From: an uncultured Chloroflexia bacterium
GTDB taxonomy: Bacteria > Chloroflexota > Limnocylindria > Limnocylindrales > CSP1-4
Direction: 5' to 3'
DNA: 64,000 bases
NCBI GenBank assembly: GCA_963707215.1
Contig: CAVPPB010000002.1
Location: 64,001 to 128,000, forward strand
The notes under the pieces were generated by a model that worked only from the letters and a program-made list of their open reading frames with translations, made no database searches and was not told the origin of the DNA. Made by a program: the position numbers and the translations under genes. Every line of letters begins with the position of its first letter. The first letter of the stretch is position 1. This document shows positions 31,582 through 41,586 of this stretch, piece after piece.

Positions 31582-32412
31582 TCAGCCCGGGCGGCGCGCG
31601 AAGGCGCGGACGACGGGGGTCCGCCACTCGAAGGCGTCCGCCGCCAGGCCGGCCATCCGGCGCTCGGTCGCGGCCAGGAGTCGCCGCCGGTCACCGGGCT
31701 CCAGGGAGCCGAACAGGTCGGCGGCATCGTATGCCTCGAGGAAGCGGAGGTAGCCGCTCGCCGTCCAGCGATGGATCAGGGTGTCGGCCCGGGCCCGGAC
31801 CTGCACGAAGCCGTTTCGCCGCAGCTGGGACGCGAGGGCCGCCGGCGACGGGGGGTCGCCGCTCCGGGGCGCCTCCTCCGCCTCCTCGTCCCCCAGGTCG
31901 AGCTCCTCGAGGGCCGCGTCGAAGGCGGCCTCGGGCTCGAACGCCGTGTCGTCGGCGAGCCATGTCACCAGCGCGAGGGTCCCACCGGGTTCGATGACCC
32001 GGTATGCCTCGCGCAGGGCGGCCGATCGATCGGGCACCAGCTGGTAGACGAACGAGGAAACGACGAGATCGAAGCTGCCCGCCGGGTACGGCAGTCGTTC
32101 GGCCAGTGCCGCCCGCCACTCGATGCGCGCCAGCGACTCCGGGCGTAGTGCCCCGGTGCTGATGGTCCGGGCGGTCGCCAGCATCCCCGCCGACCCGTCG
32201 ACGGCGGTCACCGTGGCGGCAGGCCATCGATCGACCGCCGCCCGGGTCATGGTCCCGGTCCCGACCCCGATGTCGAGGACCCGACGCGGACTCCGATCCC
32301 CGAGCTCGGCGGCCAGGGCGTCGAGCATCGCCAGAGCGGTCGGCGCGAGCACCGGGGCCCAGTGCTGGTCGTAGGCGGCGGCATGGCGGTCGTAGCGGGC
32401 CGTGATCGTCAT
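31582..32412 (-). CDS. class I SAM-dependent methyltransferase
   Basis: VLDIGVGTG, VDGSAGML, AERLPYPAGSFDLV, RVIEPGG. Confidence 0.9.
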   Translation of the reverse strand: MTITARYDRHAAAYDQHWAPVLAPTALAMLDALAAELGDRSPRRVLDIGVGTGTMTRAAVDRWPAATVTAVDGSAGMLATARTISTGALRPESLARIEWRAALAERLPYPAGSFDLVVSSFVYQLVPDRSAALREAYRVIEPGGTLALVTWLADDTAFEPEAAFDAALEELDLGDEEAEEAPRSGDPPSPAALASQLRRNGFVQVRARADTLIHRWTASGYLRFLEAYDAADLFGSLEPGDRRRLLAATERRMAGLAADAFEWRTPVVRAFARRPG

Positions 32413-32556
32413 CGCAGGGCCCATCCTGCCACCGACGGCCTTCGGTCCGTTCGGCCCGCGACTTCGGTTCCCCAGCCGCTTCGCAGCGGATGGGCCCGCG
32501 CCGACCATGGCGGGAAGGTCAGCGGTGATGCGCCGCTCACCCCTGGAGGTCTTCAG

Positions 32557-32958
32557 ATGCAACGGATCCTCGTGGCCTACGACGGCGGAGATCCGGCGAA
32601 GCGGGCGCTCGAGACGGCCATCGAGCTCGCCCGTGCGTTCCACGCCACCGTCGACGTCGTCAGCGTCGTTCCCTACCATCCCGGTCGTTCGCCCATCGAC
32701 CCCTGGGACGATCGGGAGCTCCACGCCGCCGAGTTGCTCGAAGCCAAGGAGCGCCTCGTCGCGGCCGGCCTGAACCCGCAGCTGTACGAGCCGGCCGGAG
32801 ACCCGGCCAAGACGATCGAGCTCATCGCCAGCGAGCACGAGTACGACACCGTCGTCCTCGGCTCGCGCGGCCTCAGTGCCCTCGAGCGGGTGCTCCAGGG
32901 CAGCGTCTCCGAGCACGTCGTCACGCACACCAACTCGACGGTCATCGTCACCCACTAG
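32557..32958 (+). CDS. universal stress protein
   Basis: RILVAYDG, GDPAKTI, VLGSRG, GSVSEHVV; GGAGG RBS. Confidence 0.93.
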   Translation: MQRILVAYDGGDPAKRALETAIELARAFHATVDVVSVVPYHPGRSPIDPWDDRELHAAELLEAKERLVAAGLNPQLYEPAGDPAKTIELIASEHEYDTVVLGSRGLSALERVLQGSVSEHVVTHTNSTVIVTH

Positions 32959-32986
32959 CGTCGGCTGCCCGGTCGGCGGCACGAGG

Positions 32987-33012
32987 GAGCCCGGAGCGAT
33001 CGCTCCGGGCTC
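32987..33012. terminator. perfect 26-bp palindrome between convergent genes
   Basis: GAGCCCGGAGCGATCGCTCCGGGCTC; probable bidirectional terminator without a U-tract. Confidence 0.6.
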
Positions 33013-33036
33013 GTCGGTGTGCGGCGGTCGGACCGG

Positions 33037-34035
33037 TCAGTCGGCCGGCGCCGCCGGCAGGGTCGTCGCCGGTGGTGCCGGCGGCGCGCTCGGCGCGCCC
33101 GGTCGCCGGAGGACGCCGCTGCGCCGCACGACGAAGGCGACGAGCACGACGATCACGCCGCCGACGAGCAGGAATGGCAGCCACGCGATGACGAACCAGA
33201 TGGCTGCGGTGGCGAGGCCCTGGAGCGCGCCCACGAGGCTGGCCGCAGCCTCGTCGACGATCGCCGCGGGATCCCAGCCCTTGGCCGTCTGGGCGACGGC
33301 GACGACCTCGACGACGTAGGTCGCGGTCACGGTCGCGAGGTCGGCCTGGTCCTCGACCAGCGCCTTCTGGGCCTCGAGCTGCTCGATCTGCTCCCGGGTC
33401 GCGGTCAGCTCGCGCTGGACCTCGAGCACGTCGGCGATCTTCGTAGCCTGCTCGAGGATGCCGACCAGGGCAGCCTCGCTGGCCCGCAGGTTCCGGATCC
33501 TGGCTTCGAGGTCGACGATCTGGGCAGTGACCTCGACCGACTCCGTCCGCTCGTCCACGACCTCGGAGGCCACGTCGCGGAGGGCCGCCAGCGCGTCCTC
33601 CCAGCGCTCGACGGGCACGCGGTAGGTCACGGTGGCCGAGGCCATCGCTTCGTCGTTGAGCTGGTTCGAGGCGCTGACGTAGCCGCCCAGGGCCGCGATG
33701 CGGGCCTCGGCGGAGCGGACGGCCGGGTCGATGTCGGTCACCCGCAGGGTCAGCCAGCCGGTCCGCACGACCCGGGCATCGTCCCGGGCGATGGTCGCCC
33801 CTCCGCCGCCGAAGTCCCGCGTCCCGTCCGACTCGCCGTTCGCCGGCTCGCCCGGGGCCGGTACCGCCGCGACGTCCGGGTCGATGTAGGAGCCGTCGCC
33901 GACCGCGTTGCCGACGTTCGAGAGGATCTGGCCCTCGCCGCTGCAGGCCGCCAGGAGGACGGCCAGCGTGGCAGCCGCGAGCACGATCCATGGCCTCCCC
34001 GTCCACTTGCCCCGGTGCCACTGCCGTTGGTCCAT
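33037..34035 (-). CDS. DUF4349-like lipoprotein
   Basis: Lipobox LAAC; VVRTGWLTLRV, GGYV, RVP, EVTAQIVDLEAR coiled coil, C-terminal TM. Confidence 0.82.
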   Translation of the reverse strand: MDQRQWHRGKWTGRPWIVLAAATLAVLLAACSGEGQILSNVGNAVGDGSYIDPDVAAVPAPGEPANGESDGTRDFGGGGATIARDDARVVRTGWLTLRVTDIDPAVRSAEARIAALGGYVSASNQLNDEAMASATVTYRVPVERWEDALAALRDVASEVVDERTESVEVTAQIVDLEARIRNLRASEAALVGILEQATKIADVLEVQRELTATREQIEQLEAQKALVEDQADLATVTATYVVEVVAVAQTAKGWDPAAIVDEAAASLVGALQGLATAAIWFVIAWLPFLLVGGVIVVLVAFVVRRSGVLRRPGAPSAPPAPPATTLPAAPAD

Positions 34036-34160
34036 GGTGTGCCTCCGCTCGTCTCCCTCGTCGTCTCGGCAGACCGTGCTGTGCCGCCCTGACGTCCCGG
34101 CGCCGGCCTGTGTTCCCCTGGGCAGCCGGGACCGCGCTCATGGGGGGCTACACTCCGGCG

Positions 34161-35257
34161 ATGCGACTGCCGTTCCAGCCGCCGCTCGAGCCGATGCTGG
34201 CAAAGGCCGCCGCGGCGCTGCCCGAGGGCGAAGGCTGGCTGTACGAGCCGAAGTGGGACGGCTTCCGGGCGATCGTCTTCCGGGACGGCGACGAGATCCT
34301 GACCCAGAGCCGGGACCTGAAGCCCCTGGACCGCTACTTCCCGGAGCTGGCCGAGCCGCTGCGGGCCGCCCTGCCGGAGCGGTGCGTCGTGGACGGCGAG
34401 ATCGTGATCGCCCGGGACGGCGCACTGGACTTCGAGGCGCTGTTGCTGCGCATCCACCCCGCCGAGTCGCGCGTCCGGCTGCTGGCTGGCGGAGACGCCG
34501 GCGTCGTTCGTCGCCTGGGACCTGCTGGCGCTCGGCGACGAGGACCTGCGGGCCGTCCCGCAGGGCGAGCGCCGCGCGCGGCTGGAGACGGTCCTGGGCG
34601 CCGCCGCGCCACCGGTCCATCTCACCCCGGCGACGGTCGATCGAGCGCCTCGCCGCCGACTGGTTCGAGCGGTTCGAGGGCGCCGGGCTGGACGGGGTCG
34701 TGGCCAAGCGGCTGGACGCGGGCCTACCAGCCGGGCAAGCGGGCGATGCTCAAGGTCAAGCACGCCCGAACGGCCGACTGCGTCGTGGCCGGTTTCCGGT
34801 GGCACAAGAACGGACCGGGGACCCACGTCGGGTCGCTGCTGCTGGGCCTCTATCGACGACGACGGCCAGCTCCACCACGTCGGCGTCACCTCGTCGTTCA
34901 CCTGGGAGCGGCGGGCCGAGCTGGTCGGCGAGCTGGCGCCGCTGCGCGAGCGGCGCGATCGACGACCATCCGTGGGCGGAGTGGGCCGAGTGGGCCGGCT
35001 CCGGCACCGCCGACGCATCGGGGCAGCGCCTGCCGGGTGCGACGAGCCGCTGGAACCGGGGAAAGGACCTCTCCTGGGAGCCGCTCCGGATCGAGCGGGT
35101 CTGCGAGGTCGCCTACGATCACCTCCAGGGCGACCGCTTCCGCCACGCCACCACGTTCCGGCGCTGGCGGCCCGACAAGCCGCCGAGCGACTGCCGCTAC
35201 GACCAGCTGGAGGTGACGCCGGCCTTCGAGCTTGCCCGGATCTTCGGCGGCGGCTAG
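34161..35257 (+). CDS. ligC: ATP-dependent DNA ligase, LigC type (frameshifted)
   Basis: PLEPMLAK, YEPKWDGFR, DGEIV, GLDGVVAK, KVKHARTADCVVAGFRWHK, GSLLLGL, SRWNRGKDLSWEPLR, FRH..F.RWRPDK spread over three frames. Confidence 0.9.
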
Positions 35258-35263
35258 CGCCGG

Positions 35264-36250
35264 CTACGGCGACCCGGCTCGATCGAGGCTGCTGGGCGTC
35301 CAGGAGACCGTGATCTCGACCGGTCGGTCCCAGGCCGCCCGCAGCTCGGCGGCCAGCTCGGCGGCTGCCGCCGGTTCGTCGGGTCCGACGATGTCGAGGC
35401 GGAGCGTCGTCCCCTCGAGGTCGTAGGTCGTCACCTCCAGGTCCCGCTCCCCGATCCACGCCCGGACGATCGGCACGGCCTCCTGGGCCAGGAGCGCCTC
35501 GACCACCTGCTCCGCCGACCGCCAGGCCAGCGGGATGGTGATGACCGCGAGCGCGATCATCGCCACGATGAAGCCGTTGCGGAGTCGGCGTCGTTCGCGC
35601 AGCTGGGTCGGCGTGGGGGTCGCCCGGAAGGCGATGAAGACGATCGAGGCGGCGACGACGATGGCCGCCAGGTTCGTCAGGAAGAGGACGGTCGCGCCGG
35701 CCGCGTCATCCCATCGCCCGAGCTCGATGCAGATCCCGATGGTCGCCAGTGGAGGGACAAGCGAGACGGCGATGGCGACACCGGGGAGGGCGTCGGTGCC
35801 CGTCCGCCGGACGGCGACGTAGGCGCCGGCGGCGCCGGCGGCCAGGGCCACGCCGAGGTCCAGGAGCCCGGGCGCCGTCCGGGCATCGATCGATGGCGTC
35901 AGGACCAGTGGGTCCGGCATGATCGCCGAGACGATGATGCCGATGGCGACGACCCAGATCGAGCCGAGCGCGACCTGGGCGATGGTGATCGGCTGCCAGC
36001 GGGTCCGCCCGGTCACCAGCGCCGCCGCGATCGCCATGATCGCCCCGCCCAGGGGTGCCACGACCATCGCGCCGATGATCGAGGCGACGGAATCCTGGTA
36101 GAGCCCGAAGGCGGCGATGAAGCCCGCCAGGGTGAGCAGGACGGCGAAGGTCTGGACAGAGCGCCGGAAGGCGGGCCCCTCCGGGAAGAGATCGTCGAGC
36201 ACGGCGGGCCCGAGCGACATCCGGGCGTCGGGCAGCTTCGGCTGGGTCAT
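35264..36250 (-). CDS. DUF389-family membrane protein
   Basis: GLYQDSVASIIGAMVVAPL, ARTAPGLLDLGVALAAG, LPGVAIAVSLVPPL, LFLTN. Confidence 0.88.
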   Translation of the reverse strand: MTQPKLPDARMSLGPAVLDDLFPEGPAFRRSVQTFAVLLTLAGFIAAFGLYQDSVASIIGAMVVAPLGGAIMAIAAALVTGRTRWQPITIAQVALGSIWVVAIGIIVSAIMPDPLVLTPSIDARTAPGLLDLGVALAAGAAGAYVAVRRTGTDALPGVAIAVSLVPPLATIGICIELGRWDDAAGATVLFLTNLAAIVVAASIVFIAFRATPTPTQLRERRRLRNGFIVAMIALAVITIPLAWRSAEQVVEALLAQEAVPIVRAWIGERDLEVTTYDLEGTTLRLDIVGPDEPAAAAELAAELRAAWDRPVEITVSWTPSSLDRAGSP

Positions 36251-36497
36251 CGGATCAGGTCCCCAAGGGCGCTGCTGCGGTCCCATCGATCCGTGCCCGT
36301 CGCCGGAGCGGACTCTAGCGCCCAGCGGGGCGCGCGGTGGGGACTTCGCGCAGGTTCGGCCCGGTCGCCGTCCTGCCCGCCGAGCGGTCGCCGGCGCCGA
36401 CGTCGTCCAGGGACGATACTGATCGGGTCCCCCGCGCCGGGATCCATCGTCCGGGCGTCCGGAGCCCCCGCCGGGGCCTCACCACAGGAGATCGATC

Positions 36498-36992
36498 GTG
36501 AGCATCGGACCCATCCAGACCGTCGTCATCGGCTTCCCGACGACTGACCGCTTCGAAGGCCGTATCGCGGAGGAGCTGGGGCTCCTGAGCGACATCGGGC
36601 TCATCCGGATCATCAACGCCGTCTTCGTCACCCGGCAGGATGACGAGGCTGTGCTCCTGCAGGTCTCCGACCTCGATGACGAGCAGCGCGAGATGCTCGG
36701 GGCGGCGGTCGGGGCCGTGGTCGGCCTGGTGGCCGGCGGCGAGGAGGGTGCCGAGGTCGGCGCGGTGGCCGGCGCCATGGCGACCGAGGGCACCGGGGTC
36801 GCCGGGGCCCTGGCCGAGGACATCCTCGACGAGCTGCCGGACGGGACCGCCGCCCTCGTGCTGGTGGTCGAGCATCGCTGGCTCATCCCGCTCCGGGATG
36901 CGGTCCGGGATGCGGGCGGCGTCGTCCTCGCCCGGCAGACGGTCGGCCTCGAGGAGCTCGCGGCCCTGGGTGTCGCCCTCTCCGAGGACTGA
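36498..36992 (+). CDS. DUF6325/DUF1269-like protein (paralog 1)
   Basis: GPIQTVVIGFP..FEGRIAEEL..GLIRIIN, LPDGTAALVLVVEHRW..LRDAVRDAGG; CAGGAG RBS. Confidence 0.8.
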   Translation: MSIGPIQTVVIGFPTTDRFEGRIAEELGLLSDIGLIRIINAVFVTRQDDEAVLLQVSDLDDEQREMLGAAVGAVVGLVAGGEEGAEVGAVAGAMATEGTGVAGALAEDILDELPDGTAALVLVVEHRWLIPLRDAVRDAGGVVLARQTVGLEELAALGVALSED

Positions 36993-37037
36993 CGCTCCGA
37001 TGGTCCCGTGGCCGGCTCTCGATCCGGGGCCGGCCGC

Positions 37038-37463
37038 CTAGCGCCGTCGGGGATCGGTGAACCCGGCGTCCCGTGCGTCGACCAGCTCGATCCGGTTGCC
37101 GAACGGATCGTCGACGTAGCACCGTCGGATCGCCAACCCGCTCTCGTCGTCGTGGACGGGATAGCCGGCTGCCTGGACGGCCCGGCAGGCTCGCTCGAGG
37201 TCGGCGACCAGCAGGGCCGGGTGCGCCCTGCGACCCGCCCGGAACGGCGTCTCGACCCCCAGGTGGATGGTCACCCCCGGGCCCAGGAACCAGCAGCCGC
37301 CCCGGATCTTGAGGGCACGCGGCTTGGCGACCGGCCGCAGGCCCAGTAGTTCGCCGTAGAAGAGGCGGGCGAGCGCCTCCTCGCCCTTCGGCATCGCGAG
37401 CTGGACATGATCCAGGCCGACGACCTCGATCGCCGGCGTCCGGCGTGGTGCGCCGCTACTCAT
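37038..37463 (-). CDS. VOC/glyoxalase family protein
   Basis: LDHVQLAMP, FYGELLGL, GGCWF, IHLGVE, HPAL, DPFGNRIEL. Confidence 0.9.
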   Translation of the reverse strand: MSSGAPRRTPAIEVVGLDHVQLAMPKGEEALARLFYGELLGLRPVAKPRALKIRGGCWFLGPGVTIHLGVETPFRAGRRAHPALLVADLERACRAVQAAGYPVHDDESGLAIRRCYVDDPFGNRIELVDARDAGFTDPRRR

Positions 37464-37588
37464 CGAGCCTCCCGCACGGTCGTCGCTCGCCCCTTTGCCA
37501 TCTCGCGTCACGGTTCACCCCTGCCCGACCGGCGATCCCGTCGGGGATGCGTGCTCGACGAGCATCGTAGTCCCTGGCGTGCCCGCGT

Positions 37589-39250
37589 TCACCCGTCTCG
37601 AGCGGCCCGGACCGCGTCGATCGTCCGCCGGTACGTGCCGGCGACCGCCGCGGCGGCACCGGTCCGCTCCAGGACCGCGGCCACCTCCGGGTGGACCCGG
37701 GCGAGGTAGAGCGCGACCCCTTGCTGGTCGAGTCGCCCGGCCAGCTGGGCGATCATGTCCGCGCCGGGAACGTCGAGGCTGACGGTCGCCTCGATGTCGA
37801 TGACCACGGCGTGCACGTCCGTGTCGCCCTGGGCCAGCGCCGCGAGCGACGCGAGCAGGGTGTCGGCGTTGGCGAAGAACAGCGGCTCCTCGAGACGCAG
37901 GATCACGATCCCGGAGGGGATCCCGGCATCGGGCTCCTCGGCTGCTTCGACGAGCGTGTCGCCGATCACGGCCAGCGGGGTCAGACGTGCCGAGCTGGCC
38001 CGCCAGATGACCAGCGCCAGCGACAGGGCGACCGCGAGGAGGAGGCCCGGCAGGACGTCGAGCACGAGGACCCCGACGAGGGCGACCATCGCCAGCCAGA
38101 AGTCGGCAGGGCCCACGTGCCAGAGCCGCCGGAGCGTGGCCAGCTTGAACATCGAGGCGACCGCCACGACGACGATCGCCCCCAGGACGGCCTCCGGCAG
38201 CGGCTCGAACAGCGGCGTCAGGAAGAGCGCGACGGCGATCGTGATGCCGGCGGCGACGACGCCGGCGAGCTGGGTCTGCATCCCGGCGTGCTGGGCGGCA
38301 GCGGTCTTCGACAGGCTGCCGCCGATCGGGAAGCCCTGGAAGACGCCCGCGCCGACGTTGGCCGTGCCCAGGCCGATCAGCTCTTGGTTCGCATCGACCT
38401 GCTCGTTGTGCTCCCGGGCCAGCTCGCGCGCCGGTCCGTAGGCCTCGGCGAAGGTGAGCAGGGTGAGCCCGACGGCACCCGAGAGGAGCAGGGCGAGGTC
38501 GTCGAGCCGGATCTCGGGCAGCCTGGGGCCCGCCAGCCCGGACGGCAGGTCCCCGACCACCTCGACCCCGCGGGCTTCGAGCCCGAGGATCACCGAGGCT
38601 GCGATCCCGAGCACGAGGGCGACCAGCGGTCCGGGGATCCGCTCGTCGAGCCGCTCGAGCCCGACCATCAGCCCGATGGCGAGCAGACCGACCAGGGTCG
38701 TCGGCAGGTGAGCCTCGGGCAGCTCCTGGACGATCGTCGCGATCTGGACGAAGAAGTCTCCGCCCGACCCCTCGATCCCCAGGATCTTCGGCACCTGGCG
38801 GACCGAGATGACGAGGGCGAGTCCCGACACGAAGCCGGCCAGGACCGAGGCCGAGAAGAACTGGGCCAGCCGACCGGCCCGGGCGAGGCCCGCGAGGATC
38901 GAGACGAGCCCGGCGAGGATCGCGAGCGCGGACGTGAGGGTGACGTACTCGAGGGTGCCCTGGGGGACGAGCGCGCCGATCGTCGCCGCGGAGAAGACCG
39001 CCTGGGTGGAGCTGACGACGACGACCAGCCGTCTCGACGAGCCGAAGATCGCGTACAGGAGCAGCGCGGGTGGCGCTGCGTAGAAGGCGGCCTCCGGGCT
39101 GACCCCGGCGAGCTGGGCGTAGGCCATCCCCTCGGGCACGAGGAGGGCCGTGATCGTGATCCCGGCGAGGGCGTCCCGAACGAGCCAGCCGCGTCGATAC
39201 CCGGGCAGCCAGCCGAGGATGGGGACGAGCGTCCGGAGCGTGGTCAGCAT
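37589..39250 (-). CDS. SulP/SLC26 anion transporter with STAS domain
   Basis: DALAGITITALLVPEGMAYAQLAG, FGSSR, DANQELIGLG, LFFANA, C-terminal STAS. Confidence 0.93.
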   Translation of the reverse strand: MLTTLRTLVPILGWLPGYRRGWLVRDALAGITITALLVPEGMAYAQLAGVSPEAAFYAAPPALLLYAIFGSSRRLVVVVSSTQAVFSAATIGALVPQGTLEYVTLTSALAILAGLVSILAGLARAGRLAQFFSASVLAGFVSGLALVISVRQVPKILGIEGSGGDFFVQIATIVQELPEAHLPTTLVGLLAIGLMVGLERLDERIPGPLVALVLGIAASVILGLEARGVEVVGDLPSGLAGPRLPEIRLDDLALLLSGAVGLTLLTFAEAYGPARELAREHNEQVDANQELIGLGTANVGAGVFQGFPIGGSLSKTAAAQHAGMQTQLAGVVAAGITIAVALFLTPLFEPLPEAVLGAIVVVAVASMFKLATLRRLWHVGPADFWLAMVALVGVLVLDVLPGLLLAVALSLALVIWRASSARLTPLAVIGDTLVEAAEEPDAGIPSGIVILRLEEPLFFANADTLLASLAALAQGDTDVHAVVIDIEATVSLDVPGADMIAQLAGRLDQQGVALYLARVHPEVAAVLERTGAAAAVAGTYRRTIDAVRAARDG

Positions 39251-39388
39251 CGGCGGATCACCACGCATCCATCATGCCAGTCGCCAGCGACCCGGCTGGG
39301 CTCCTTGCACCGCATGGGTCTCGCAGAGCCCGGTCAGCGGCAGAGGCGGTCCAGGGTCAACGCGCGGTCGACTCCCGGTCGGCGGCGA

Positions 39389-39595
39389 CTAGAACCGGCG
39401 ACGTCCCGGCGTGACGGCCGCGCCCACGACGGCGGCCTTGGCGACCGGCGACGGGCCTGGCTTCACGGCCGCGCCCACGACGGCGGCCTTGGCGACCGGC
39501 GACGGGCCTGGCTTCACGGCCGCGCCCACGACGGCGGCCTTGGCGACCGGCGCACCGATCACCCCTACTCCTCGACGACCGGGTCCGAGCGGCAT
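39389..39595 (-). CDS. 68-aa tandem-repeat peptide (3x PVAKAAVVGAAV)
   Basis: AAGGAG RBS; ATG lies 1 nt after the DUF6325 stop; the repeat keeps frame (51 bp = 17 aa). Confidence 0.7.
   Translation of the reverse strand: MPLGPGRRGVGVIGAPVAKAAVVGAAVKPGPSPVAKAAVVGAAVKPGPSPVAKAAVVGAAVTPGRRRF
39414..39552. repeat. perfect 51-bp tandem repeat, 2.7 copies
   Basis: Units start at 39414, 39465 and 39516 (last one 37 bp); identical sequence ACGGCCGCGCCCACGACGGCGGCCTTGGCGACCGGCG-ACGGGCCTGGCTTC. Confidence 0.95.
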
Positions 39596-39596
39596 G

Positions 39597-40055
39597 TCAG
39601 GCTCCTTGTGCTTCGAGCGCGGCGTCGGCCTCGACGGCGGCGATGAGGGCCTGGATCGGGATCCGGCCGTTGGCGATCAGCTGACCACCCGCTCGGCGCA
39701 TCGCCGATGCGAATGGCGCAGCCCACAGGTTCTCGTAGACGAGGACGCCGGCAACGCTGCCGGGATCCATCGCGGCCGCAAGGTGATCGACATCCTCTTC
39801 GGCCAGCGTCTGGACGAGCTCGGTCTCGATCCGCGCGAGCTCACCGAGCTCGTCGAGATCACCCAGCTCCTGGGCCATGACCGTCCCGTCCTCCCCCTTC
39901 TGGAGGATGAGCAGGTCCATGAGTCGGATGATCCCGGCATCGTGGAGACGGAGGAGCTGGGCGGCGCCTTCGCCGGTGAAGTTCTGCTGCCCTGCTGGGA
40001 ACTCGACGATCAGGTAGTCGACGGGCCCGAGCTCGTCGAGCGATCTGTCTGTCAT
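39597..40055 (-). CDS. DUF6325-like protein (paralog 2)
   Basis: LGPVDYLIVEFP..NFTGE..GIIRLMDL, PGSVAGVLVYENLWAAPFASAMRRAGGQLIANGRIP; GGAGGAG RBS. Confidence 0.85.
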   Translation of the reverse strand: MTDRSLDELGPVDYLIVEFPAGQQNFTGEGAAQLLRLHDAGIIRLMDLLILQKGEDGTVMAQELGDLDELGELARIETELVQTLAEEDVDHLAAAMDPGSVAGVLVYENLWAAPFASAMRRAGGQLIANGRIPIQALIAAVEADAALEAQGA

Positions 40056-40164
40056 GACTCCTCCACTTCGGTGGTTCGAAGAACGAGCCTCGCCGACGTC
40101 GTGGTCGAGGCGGCACAGTTGGTCCCCGAGCCTCTCAGAGGGTGCTCCCATACGAGCCCACCCG

Positions 40165-40281
40165 CCTCCCCCCATCGGGAGGACTCGGCCCGCGGACGCC
40201 ACCCCGCTCGCGGGTCCGGTGTGGCGTCTGCGGGTGCCGTGGCCGCCCGAGCCATCGCAGCGTCCACCCGCGCGGGGGATG
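40165..40281. promoter_or_regulatory. two palindromic MalT-box-like sites in the divergent promoter
   Basis: CCTCCC-N6-GGGAGG (40165-40182) and CCACCC-N6-GGGATG (40264-40281). Confidence 0.55.
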
Positions 40282-40377
40282 ACCGTGGGCGTGCCGGGAT
40301 GGTGTGATTGGACTGACGACGTACCAGGCGGTGTCCTGGTCGCGAGAACCGGGCGCATCCGGGCAAGGAGCACGAAC

Positions 40378-41544
40378 ATGACCGAGGTCCAGAGAGTCTC
40401 CACCACGGTGCCGCTGAACTGGAACGAGGTCTGGTTCACCAATTGCCCCATGGTGTCCGCCAACAACGTTGACCAGGAGCTCGGCTGGTGCCGCGAGGAG
40501 TTCAAGAAGATCGGCGTCGAGTACGCCTACTTCCGCCACGCACCCGAGAACAACTGGTACCCGCACTACATCCACAACCTCGACAACCTCATCCGCTTCG
40601 GCGGCCTGTACCCGCCGATCCACGTGAACGCCGACCTCCGCCGCACCGTGCTGCTGGGAGCGACCTGGGTCTATGAAGGCGGCTGCATGGCGGTCCGCGC
40701 CCGTGACGACGTCTTCAAGATGGCGGACCTCAAGGGCAAGAAGATCGGCATCAGCAAGAGCCTGAACACCATCAAGAACGACTGGTGGCGGATCCAGGAG
40801 CACATGGGCATCCTGAACATGCTCAAACTCCACGACATGACGATGGACGACATCGAGCTCGTCGAGTTCCCGTACCCCGACGACTGGTACGACAAGCCCG
40901 AGATGCTCATCCCGCCGATGAACAACCCGTCCGAGCTGTGGATGCGGCGCGACCACAAGCACGACCTCGCCTTCCGCCCGCTCGAGAAGGCGCTGCTCGG
41001 CGGCGTCGTCGACGCCATCTACACCCAGAGCAAGCCCTTCCAGCATCTCCAGGAGGCCACGGGCCAGCTCAAGATGATCGAGGACCTGTCCCGGTACCCC
41101 GACTGGACCATCCAGGTCGCCAACACCCCCGCGGTGATCACATGCACCAGGGAGATGGCCGACGAGCATCCCGAGCTCGTCATCGCCTACATGAAGGCCA
41201 TGGTCAAGGTCGGGCGCTGGGCCAATGAGCACAAGCGCGCCGCCGGCGCGATCCTCAACCGCCAGACGTTCTATCTGGATGCCGAGGATACGTACCAGGG
41301 CATCAAGCACGTCGACATGGTGCCGAGCCTGAGTGCGATGAACATGCAGACGATCAAGATCGGCAAGGACTTCATGTTCAGCCACGGCTACATCAAGAAC
41401 GACTTCGACGTGGATGAGTGGGCCCGCCCGGAGTTCCTGGAAAGGGCGTTCGAGGAAGTCCTCAAGGAGGAGTGGGAGCGCCGGAGCTGGAGCAAGCTTC
41501 CCGAGGGCGGCGGGCTCGAGGCCGAAGGCGTGCGACTGGGCTGA
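40378..41544 (+). CDS. DszB-like (desulfinase family, periplasmic-binding-protein fold) protein, no signal peptide
   Basis: FTNCP, PHYIH, IRFGGLYPP, RTVLLGAT, ADLKGKKIGIS, GVVDAIY and FDVDEWARPEFL are colinear with DszB motifs recalled from memory; AAGGAG RBS. Confidence 0.75.
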   Translation: MTEVQRVSTTVPLNWNEVWFTNCPMVSANNVDQELGWCREEFKKIGVEYAYFRHAPENNWYPHYIHNLDNLIRFGGLYPPIHVNADLRRTVLLGATWVYEGGCMAVRARDDVFKMADLKGKKIGISKSLNTIKNDWWRIQEHMGILNMLKLHDMTMDDIELVEFPYPDDWYDKPEMLIPPMNNPSELWMRRDHKHDLAFRPLEKALLGGVVDAIYTQSKPFQHLQEATGQLKMIEDLSRYPDWTIQVANTPAVITCTREMADEHPELVIAYMKAMVKVGRWANEHKRAAGAILNRQTFYLDAEDTYQGIKHVDMVPSLSAMNMQTIKIGKDFMFSHGYIKNDFDVDEWARPEFLERAFEEVLKEEWERRSWSKLPEGGGLEAEGVRLG

Positions 41545-41586
41545 GCCGGCAGGCATCGATCGTGTGCCCCCCCAGGGGCGTACGCG

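Noticed and set aside
39414-39552. Possible CRISPR array (37-bp repeat plus 14-bp spacer)
   Set aside because: The spacers are identical and too short, there are no cas genes, and the 51-bp period keeps a reading frame with an RBS, so this is a coding tandem repeat.
39389-39595. RiPP precursor assignment for the repeat peptide
   Set aside because: No recognisable maturase, peptidase or dedicated exporter nearby, so it is kept only as an unexplained peptide.
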